A stretch of DNA of 64,000 nt, taken from NCBI RefSeq assembly GCF_009914755.1, contig NC_060929.1; one strand, 5' to 3'. A model generated the notes under the pieces. That model made no database searches and was not told where the DNA came from. It saw only the letters and a program-made list of their open reading frames with translations. The DNA comes from the human T2T-CHM13v2.0 reference genome, Homo sapiens. Positions 54,151-64,000 of this stretch are shown in pieces. Within the stretch, counting starts at the first letter, position 1, and each line of letters begins with the position of its first letter. The position numbers and the translations under genes are program-made.

Positions 54151-54399
54151 GACCTAGTTTTTTTTTTTTTTTTTTTTGGTGGGGTGCGTTGGGGGGGAAT
54201 GCAGAGCCTCCTGGTAGCACCTAATTGCGGGCTCTTTTCCATACACCTGCACAGGATGCTTAAGAGCAAGATTCAGTTAGAAGTAAAACCAGAGAAAGCC
54301 TTTCAAGGTCCAGGCAAAGAGATAAGGAAGAAAGTACCAGTGGAGGAAAGACAGAAAGCTCACCTAGACTCTTCTACACTATGAAATAAAAGTATTGAG

Positions 54400-56260
54400 T
54401 CATGGAGGAAGGGTAGCAATACCTCCTGCCCCAGGGCACAGATAAAGATGCACTGTGGCTAGGAGAGTGTAAAAAAAAAAGACAAGTAAAAACTCCTTAT
54501 CCACAGGGGAGGCACCACAAATAGTCCTGGGCAAAAAATAAAATAATTAAATAAATAAAAGGCTCAATAGATACCTTGATAACAGATATGAGTCATACTC
54601 CTAAAAGAAGAACAGGATGCCCATTTTGGAAAAATAATCACTAGATATACAAGGTAGAGTTTGGCTGCCATGGAAAGAGAGCAAATCACTGAAGAAACTT
54701 TATGAACTGGTCCCATGGATACAGGGTGTTCCTAGGAGACTGAGCTCTCACCCATCCATCCATCTCAAGCACCCAAAAGTAGAATAGGAAGTACTGAGTA
54801 ATCAGCAACCACAGTCTACTACTAACAAAGGAACAAAAGTGTGAGTAGAGATTCCTTTTGATATACAGGCATGCAGTGAAGGCCAATAGATGAAGGTAGA
54901 GTGCTGATACTTTCAGTTACCACATCAACTACAAAATAAGCCTAGAGAATTATAAAGGCGGTGATTCACTGAAGGTAACAATAGCAATTGCAAAACCCAA
55001 ACACCAACTCTTAACTATGAGGGTTGGAATCAACCCTCATACTAACGGCCTAGCATCCTAGCAAAAGAAAAGCTATGATCAATTCAGGACACGAATATTA
55101 CTTACCTCAGTCTCTAATCCTTTATGTATGACACCTAGCCCTCAGTAAAAAATTTAGTGACACGCACAAAAGCAAGGGCGCTGGTGGCAAGGTACAACCC
55201 ACTGTGAAGAGACAAAACATTCAACAGCAGCAGAGTCAGAGAAAGCTCACAGGTGGAATGAGCACACAGGAAATTTAAATTAATTATGATTAATGCGCTA
55301 AAGACTGTAGTAATGAGGTGGAAAATAAGGCATAAACATGTGGGGGATTTCACTGGGAAGACCAGAAGTATAAGAAACAATTAAATGGAAATGCTATTAA
55401 GAGCAAAAATAAAAGCAACTTCAGCAGCAAAATGGTAACTGATGATTAATGCCATTGGCAGGCATCAGTTAACTTTACATATCTGAGGAAAGGATCAGTA
55501 AACTTGGACATAGGTCAATGGAAATCACCTAAAATGATATACTTTAAACAAAGAGTATAAATACTATAAAACAGAGTATAAAAATTAAAAACAGCAGCGG
55601 CTGTAATAGTTGTAAGACAAAGCCAAATATTGCAAAATACATACAAATGGAATTACAGAACAAGAGGAAAGAAGAAAAGACCAGATAAATATTTGAAGAG
55701 ATAATTGCTAAGAATTCTCAAAAATATTTAAAAAATAACAAGCCAGATATACAAGAATCTCAGAGGACTCCAAGCAGGATAAATGGAAAAACAAATAATA
55801 AAAAATCAGAAAAAATCCCAGATCTATAAGCATAATTTTCAAACTGCTCTAAACCAAAGATAAACAGAACATCTTGAATGAAACCAGAAAATAAACAAAA
55901 TGCATCAGTATCTCATGTACTCCATAAATATATAGACTTACACAAAATTGAAAAATTAAATAAAAATTTAAACAAATAAATAAATATTATTTGACAATTA
56001 AAAAGCATAAAGAAATACACATGGTAGAGGAACAAGAGAAGACGTTAAGCACATTGCTTGTCAGACACCAGAAATCCAGAAGACAATGGGATGAGACCTT
56101 CTAAAAGCAAAACACTGCCTATGTAAATTCTGAAGGCAGCAAAAGTCTTTCAAAAATAAAAGAGAAAGCACATAATTTTTCTAAAACAATCTGAGAGATT
56201 TCAATGCTGTCAAAACTACCCAAGAAAAGATTTTAAAAGGTACTCTCTGAAAAAGAAATA
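54400..56260 (+). mobile_element. Old L1M 5' and ORF1 remnant
   Basis: aatatttgaagagataattgctaagaattctcaaaa, gaatctcagaggactccaagcaggataaat, ccagaagacaatgggatga. A small L1MA 3' piece lies near 55908-56000. Confidence 0.65.
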
Positions 56261-56293
56261 TGATATAAGATGCAAGCAGGTGTCTGCATAAAG

Positions 56294-56297
<4 letters not shown>

Positions 56298-56336
<39 letters not shown>

Positions 56337-56350
56337 TATATATATATATT
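56298..56350. repeat. (CT)n(AT)n compound microsatellite
   Basis: Direct reading. Confidence 0.95.
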
Positions 56351-56388
56351 TGAAATGGCTGATATGGAAGGAAATAGACAGAAATTCA

Positions 56389-57725
56389 GGAGCAAGATGG
56401 CAGAATAGAAGGCTCTATTGATCATACCCCTGACAAGGACATCAAGTGAACAGCTATCTACAAAGAAAAAACACCTTTCTAAGAGCCAAAATCAGGTGAG
56501 CACTCATAGCACCTGGTTTTAACTTCATATCGCTGACAGAGGCACTGAGAGATAGAAAAGACAGTCTTGAATCATAAATGCCACCCCTCTCCACCACCCC
56601 CAGCAGCTGGTAGCATGATACAGAGAGCATCTCTTGGGCACTGAAGGCAGAGAGAACACAGTAAGTGTGAGGCATCAAACTCAGTGCTGTCCTGTTAGAA
56701 CAGAAAGGAGAACCAGACCAAACTCAGCTGATGCCTGCCTTGGAGGGAGCATTTAAACTAGCCCTAGCCAGAAGGAAATTGACATTTCCAACTCTCCAAA
56801 CTTGAGTTCCTGCAAACCTGGTGACCTACTAACTAAAGAACCCCTGGGCTCTGAATAATCAGCAGCAATACTCAGCTACTGAATCAAGGGCCTTGGGTGA
56901 GCCTCTGAGAATTGCTGGCTTCAGGGGAGTCTCAGCACATTACCAGCTGTGGTAGCTATGGGGAAGAATTCCTTCTGCTTGAGAAAAGCAGAAGGAAAAG
57001 AAAAGGCCACTTTGTCTTGCACCTTAGGTACCAGCACAGCCATAAGGAAGTAGAGCACCAAGTGGATTCTTGGGGTCCCCAATTCCAAGACTTGACTCTT
57101 GGATGGCATTTCTGGACCTGCCCTGGACAAGAGGAGAGGCCACTACCCTGAAGAGTGAGTCTCAAGCCAGGAGGCATTGACTACAAGCTGACTTGAGAAC
57201 CCTTGGGCCTTAAGGGACCATCAGCAGGAGTCTGGCAGTACTCCTTATGGCCGTGCTGGTGGTGGCTGTGGGGTGAGATTTCTCTGCCCTTGGAAGGGAG
57301 CAGGAAGCGTGGAAAGGAATGCATTTTGTAGTCTGAGTGCCAGTTCAGCCACGATAAAATATAACACCAGGTGGACTTATAAGGTTTTTGATTCTAGTCC
57401 CTGACTCCAAATCAGTATCTCTGGACCTATTCAGGACTGGAGGAACTCTCTGCTCCAAAGGGAAGGACATAGACATAGCTGGCTTTACCACTTTCTGATC
57501 CTACAGCCCCAAGGCCTTGAGCCAACATAGGCATTAGCCAGGGAGTTGGTTATAGCATGCCTTGGGCAAAATCCAGTGTTGTGCTAGCTTCAGTTGTGAC
57601 CCAGCACAGTCGTAGTTGTGGTAGCTACAAGGGTGCTTGTTGTCACTCCAGCCACAGCTTTAGGTGGCTAAAAACAGAAAGAGAGACTATGTTTGTTTGA
57701 GAGAAAGTAAGAGAAGAGAACAAAA
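56389..57725 (+). mobile_element. L1M1-type (L1MA1-3/PB) 5' UTR, 3' truncated
   Basis: Starts gagCAAGATGGCagaatagaagg (YY1 site typical of L1 5' ends) and continues through GC-richer UTR subunits to gagaaagtaagagaagagaac. Confidence 0.8.
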
Positions 57726-59379
57726 GAGGCTCTACTTAACTGCAATTTTGATTTTCCAAGTTAATATCAGTATGACATATTCCAAGTTGTCATGATGTAA
57801 GTCTCCGTGGTATGTGTAATACTCAACTTGGTCAAACTCCTGACAGGTAATAAAATACTACGACAATTCAAGGGCTTTTTTAGAATTTTCAGAAGCTAAT
57901 ATTTTTAATATTGGTCTGGTATAATTAAATATAGATGGCTGTCTATTTTACGTAAAAATACTCTCTTAAAGATGCCCACCAAACAATTACTGGCGAGTAC
58001 TATAAAACCCTTTGTTATCTAGGTCCTTTACAAATCTAAATAAAATATAATGCATGTTTCAACCCTTAGAGAACTTACAAAGATAAATTAAATGAAATCA
58101 TCAGTAAATAATTTAATAGTAACTTAATTTAGTTAGGAATAGGAAAATGAAATGGAGATATTCCTGTGGAGATACTGTAGTTCATTTATATATCGTCACA
58201 TCCACTATGTTAAAAACAATTAACAATGATATATTAAACATCAAGATAACATTCAAAATGACCTATAGAGAAGAAAAACACTGAGCTTGTCTAAAGCAAT
58301 TAGTGTAGTAACGAAAACAGCTAAGGATTATTTAAATTTACATTAACGAGGATTATATCTTATGAATTAAATTTGAAGCTATCAGTTAGAAATTTGCAAC
58401 TGTAGATTACCAAGTAATATAGAAAAAGACATAAAACAGATATGTATGTTGTTATTGCTTTTATTAAAAATGCTTGTATGTAGAATAGACAAATACAGCA
58501 TTCAAACCATATAGTGAGACCATTATAGTCTCATCAATGTGAATATTTTGTATATGACTTGAATAAAATTACTAAATCTTTGAGAAAAACATGGCTAACA
58601 CAATGAGACTTATCAATAATTTATCCAAATGGAAAAATTATTAGACCTTCACCCATATACAATATAAATTTCCATATTCAAAGCCCCAAATGTTATTAGG
58701 AAAACTTTGAAAACATTAAAATAAATCATACATAGGTAGGTTCACCTTTGCGAACTGGAAAATATTTACTATTAAGTTTGACTATAAGCACATTAAGCAA
58801 CTATTCCTGAATAAACTGTGATATAGTATGCTCCAGAATTGGAAAATATATTTCCATACTTATAAAGGCTAACATCTAGCCTCTACTAGAAATTATTCAA
58901 TTCAGTAAGAATCCAATCTTTCAAGTGGATAAAAATAAAAATGAGCAAAATATATAAGTAGGAAATCCAAAATAGCAGAAACTAAAATGGTACAACTCCA
59001 ATAATCAATGAAATAAAATAATATTTCATGACATAATATTAGCAGAAAGAAAAAAATTGTAGGCATAAAGAATTGGGAAAAAAGAAAAATATCAAATAAT
59101 TTTTAATAAGGTACAAATTGGTATCATCATTTTAAAGGGAAAATTCTAATATTTAAAACTGTGAATACGTGTATATATTACTACTGACCACTGCAATTTC
59201 ATAGTTTTCCAGGTGACAGTCCACATTTAGGAAAGGTTTTTGTATCGATATTTTTTGTAATATTATCAAAAATTTGCAAACAAATGTAAATACAATTTGT
59301 TATAGTCTAAAAAAGGAAATTACAAACCCATTGAGGTGAATTAACATCACTGATCAGAATAGATTGATGTCAAAATATT

Positions 59380-59660
59380 TTGAAGATATCTGATAATTAA
59401 ATGCAACTCATGGGCCTAAATTTCATATTAGAATAGGGAAAAATGCTATAGGGACATTAGTAAGAATGTGGGTAAAAACCTGAAATATGGGCTGTGGATG
59501 AGACAATAATCTTATATTGATATTGAATATCCTAAATTTTATAATTATACTGTGGGATGGAAGGAGTGCCTGTATTCTCAAGAAATACACCATTAAATTA
59601 TTTAGAGAAAATTGACATATTTTAACTTTAGCCCAAATTATTTGGAAAACAAATTATATG
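59380..59660 (+). mobile_element. Old L1MC/ME 3' UTR, host of Tigger1 (resumes near 62050)
   Basis: aaatgcaa...gctatagggacatta...ttataattatactgtgg...aagaaatacac; continues after Tigger1 as aaggcaaatgtgataaaattttaaaaattgg. Confidence 0.6.
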
Positions 59661-59662
59661 TA

Positions 59663-61991
59663 CAGGCATACCATTTTATATTGCATATCACTCTATTGAA
59701 ATTTTCAGATAGATACTGTCTTTTTTACACATTGAAAGTTTGTGGCAACCCTGTTTCAGTCAATTCTATTGGCACCATTTCTCCAATGCACATGCTCATT
59801 TTCTGACTCTGTGTCGTATTGGTAATTCTTGAAATATTTTAAACTTTTTCATTATTATTATATCTGTTATGGCAATCTATAATCAATGATCTTTGGTGTT
59901 ACTATTATAATTGTTTTGGGACACCACAAATCCAGGCACATATAAGACAGCAAACTTAATCGATAAATGTTCTGTGTTTTTTGACTGCTCCACTGACTGC
60001 CTATTTCCCATCTATGTCCCTCTCCTGAGGCCTTTGTAGTATCTCAGACACAACAATATTAAAATCAGGAAAATTAATAATACTAAAAGAGCCTTTAAGT
60101 ATTCAAATGAAAGGAAAAGTCACATCTTTCTCTGCCTTTAAATAAAAACTAGACATGATTAAGCTTATTGAGAAAGGCATGTTGAAAGCCAAGAGAGATT
60201 GAAAACTAGGCTTTCGGTGCCAATTTGCCAAGTTGAGAATACAAAGGAAAAGTTATTGAAGGAAATTGGAAGTGCTACTCCAGTGAACAGCTTTATTGCT
60301 GATATGGCAAGAGTTGGTGATCTGAATAGATCAAATCAGCTGCAACATTCCCTTAAGCCAAAACCTAATCTGGAGTGAGCCTTTAACTCTCTTCATTCCT
60401 ATGAAGACCAAGAGAGGTAAAGAAGTTGCAGAACAAAAGTTTAAAGGTTTTAAGAGGTTGGTTCATGTGATGCCATCTTCATAACATAAAAGTGCAAGGT
60501 GAGGCAGCAAGTACTGATGTAGAAGCTACAGCAAGTTATCCAGACCAGCCAAAATAATTGATGAAGGGAAGTACCCTAAATAATAGATTTTCAATGTAGA
60601 TGAAACAGCCTTATATTGGAATAAGATGCCATGTAGTACTTTCAAAGAGACAGTGAAGAAGTCAATGCCTGGCTTCAAAGGACAAGTTGACTCTCTTGTT
60701 GGGTGCCAGTGAGTTTAAATTGAAGCCGTTGCTCATTTACCTAGGCTGAAAATCCTAGGGCCCTTAAGAATTATGTTAAATTTACTCTTCCTCTGTTTTC
60801 TAAATGGAACGACAAAGCCTGAATGACAGCACATCTGTGTAACAGCAGGATTCACTGAAATTTAAATCTACTGTTTGAGAGCTACTGCTTAGAGGACAAG
60901 ACTCCTTTCAAAATATTACTGCTCATTGACAATGCACCTAATCCCCTGAGAGTTTTGATTAAGTGTATGCAGATATTAACATTGTTTTCATGCCTGCTGA
61001 CACAAGATCTATGCTGTGGCTAATGGATCAAGGAGTAATTTTGACTTTCAAGTCTTATCATCGAAGAAAGACTTTTCATAAGACTGTATCTGCCATAGAG
61101 AGTGAATTATCTGATGGATCTGGGTAAAGTAAATTGAAACCTTTTGGAAAGGATTCACTAGACAAGATGCCACTAAGAACATTCAGGATTCATGGGAGGA
61201 AGTCAAAATATCAACATTCATAGGAGTTTGAAAGTTGATTCTAATCCTCACAGGTGACTTTGAGGGGTTAAGACTTCAGTGGAGGAAGTAACTGCAGATA
61301 TGGTAGAAATAGCAAGAATACTAGATCTAGAAGGGAAGCCTGGAGATGTAACTTCATTGCTACAATCTCATGATAACACTTTTATAGACAGGAATTGCTT
61401 CTTGTGGATAAGCAAAGAAAGTGGTTTCTTGTGATAGTATCTATTCCTGGTAAAGAGGCTATGAACATATTTGAAATGACAACAAAGGGTTTAGATTACA
61501 TACATTTAGTTGATAAAACAGTGGCAGGGTTGAAAAGAATCGACTCCAATTTTCAAAGAAGCTCTACTGTAAGTAAAATGCTATCACATGGCATCACATG
61601 CTACAGATGCATTTTTCATGGAAGAAAGAGTCAATCAATTTTGCAAACTTCATTTTTTTTTAATGAAATTGCCACAGACAACCCAATCTTCAGCAACCAC
61701 CACCTTGATCGTTAGCAGCCACCAACATTGAGGCAAAAGCCACCACCAGCAAAAGAGATTGCCTCTAGCCCAATGGTTCAATGATCATTTGCAATTTTTA
61801 GTAATAAAGCATTTTTAAGTAAGGTATATACATTTTTTAGATATAATGCTATTGCACCCTTAATAGACTACTGTATAGTGAAAACATAACTTTTATATGT
61901 ACTGGGAAACCAAAAAATTTGTGTGACTCACTATATTGCTCTATTTGCTTTACTGTGGTGATCTGGATCCAAATCCACAATATCTCTAAGG
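59663..61991 (+). mobile_element. Tigger1 DNA transposon, near full length, with decayed transposase
   Basis: TA + caggcatacc left terminus; FNVDETA (~60590), LLIDNAP (~60920) and MDQGVI (~61023) motifs; the right end caatatctctaagg lacks the final TIR bases. Confidence 0.95.
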
Positions 61992-62048
61992 AGAGACAGA
62001 CAGAGAGAGAGAGAGAGAGAGAGAGAGTGTGTGTGTGTGTGTGTGTGT
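61992..62048. repeat. (GA)n(GT)n compound microsatellite
   Basis: Direct reading; it abuts the truncated right TIR of Tigger1. Confidence 0.95.
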
Positions 62049-62987
62049 AGAAAAAGAATAAATTATAAGGCAAATGTGATAAAATTTTAAAAATTGGTCA
62101 ATAAGTATAAAGTTTTTTTCAAAATATACATAATGACTAAGAATTGTGAAATACATTGAATAAAATGCAGTTTTATCCAATAAAAACATATTTCGTGATT
62201 AAACATGTATTTAATCATTGTTTATAAATGTATGTACAGTTATAAGGATTTTACACATAGGATTTTATACATGGGATTTTAAAAATCAAGTTTATGATTA
62301 TTTTTGCTCTGAATACAGAGCATACAACTTTATGTTTAAGCTTATTTATTTAAAAATTGTTGATTATATAATTCATACTATAATCTATAAAAATCATTTC
62401 TCCTTCATTCTAGTTTCTAAACCAATATAAAATCAAGGAAAAGAAAGCAAATTAGCAACAGGAATGAAAAATACTATTTTAATCATTTTTAAAATCTCCT
62501 TTATTCCCCAAACACAGTGTGCATGAAGATAGGCTGCCAAGTCCAGTGAATATTAGATCAGACAGAATGGATATCAGAGCACCCAAACCCCAGCCAGATC
62601 TTGCATAGCACAGCATTTCCGAATTAGGAAACACAGACTGGGAGGTAAAAACACCATGCTTGAAACCCAATTGCACTGACCCTGGGAGCTTCCCTGAATG
62701 ACATTTGAAATCATGGAACAGCAGATGAATTATTCCCAGAGGAGACCAACAGGCTTGCTTTGCAAGTTGCAACCTATTAAGGACAGACTTATGTAAAACA
62801 CTGTTGTCAGCAAATTGCTACAATGTACCCACACATGCACATAACACATGCACACAAACACATATACCTATACAGGCACACATGCACATCTTGACACAAG
62901 GGCTTCAGAGTAAGTCACAGTAATGGCTTAATAACCTGAATTACTGGCCCTTTTCTAAATTATTTTGCCACAAATAGATGGTTCAAG

Positions 62988-63023
62988 AAGACATATACGC
63001 ACATAAAGACATATACGCACATA
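62988..63023. repeat. Perfect 18-bp tandem duplication
   Basis: aagacatatacgcacata occurs twice. Confidence 0.9.
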
Positions 63024-64000
63024 TAAATTAGATCAGCATTCCAAATATGGATAAAATATGTGGTAAAGAATATTTAAAATAAACCTAGAACATAAGAAAC
63101 ATGTTTTGCTATGAGTAGGTAAACATGGTAATTAAAGGGTACTCAAAAACATGCATTAAAAAATCTCGAAAGAGTGTGCACTACATATCTAGATGTTGAG
63201 TCCAAATTATAAGGATTATTGAACAAAGGTTAATACAAGAGAATAAAAATTAAATTCGCTGATCTAAAAAATGATGTAAAATGAATAATAAAGTCATAAC
63301 ATAAATAAATGCCACAGAGGAAGAGTCAAAATTGAGTAACAAATGAAAACCTGACACAGTGAATGTGACATTGTAAATCTAAGAAGAAAAGTAATCGGCT
63401 ATCTCTGTGCTCCAAAAGAAATTATTCAAGTATAAGTTTGAGCCAAAGGGGAAAAAGTACATATTTTAAAAATAATTATCTGTGTAAATAAAAATATTTT
63501 ATAAAGTAAATTATATTTAAATAAACATCAAGTTATCAAAATGTTGAAATACTTTAAAATTAACTCTGAAACTGAATGTAGTTCGCATGCCAATCCTAGC
63601 ACATTTATTAGTACAATAGTCTTAAATTTTTTAATCACACAGCAAAACTATATGCTACATGCCAAAGTTACACCTAAAACAAAAATCTTTGAAATAATTG
63701 AAAATTTAAAAAAATGGAAATATCAATAGCAAACAAATACAATACTAATGGATGATAATATTAACAACAGGAACTTTAAATTCTAAGGAAAGTCATTAAA
63801 CGACAAAGGAAATGGCCCTATAATTGTTGAAATCCACAAGAAATATCCTATAGTCAGGAATATGCTTGTATTAAATAACAGCATAAACATTTGTAAAGCA
63901 AAGACTACAGAGGATATAAGAAAAATTATGCTTCAGCTTTTATTGGCTAATGCTAATGCAAAGAAAGTATTCAGTAATAATTTAGGGAATCTAGTCAATA

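Noticed and set aside
61395-61715. 106-aa ORF in Tigger1 as a TIGD1-like gene
   Set aside because: It corresponds to the decayed 3' region of Tigger1, and the main transposase frame has multiple stops and frameshifts.

Overview
This is an AT-rich primate (human-like) intergenic or intronic window with no recognisable host protein-coding exon, RNA gene or CpG island. It consists mostly of interspersed repeats: five dimeric Alus, many L1 and L2 fragments, MIRs, MaLR solo LTRs (THE1/MST/MLT1), a near full-length Tigger1, a MER63A, and two truncated class III endogenous retroviruses. One is a minus-strand HERV-L with an MLT2A1 3' LTR (18706-24282). The other is a plus-strand, multiply deleted HERV-S/HERVL18 with an LTR18 5' LTR, a tRNA-Ser primer-binding site and an env CxxC remnant (37705-41210). 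Nearly all ORFs in the track are decayed retroelement frames or spurious. I see no evidence for a new gene system. The most unusual signals are several apparent templated-repair or template-switch scars: a 750-bp inverted local copy of the HERV-L gag-pro-RT region, a nested de novo palindrome inside an old L1, a 25-bp MaLR snippet between direct repeats, and an L1 filler with a 101-bp local duplication. There is also an L1 twin-priming inversion, a candidate L1 3' transduction, and a young palindromic 28-bp minisatellite inside the MLT2A1 LTR. Subfamily names and comparisons with consensus come from recalled sequences, not database searches, and boundaries of old repeats are approximate.
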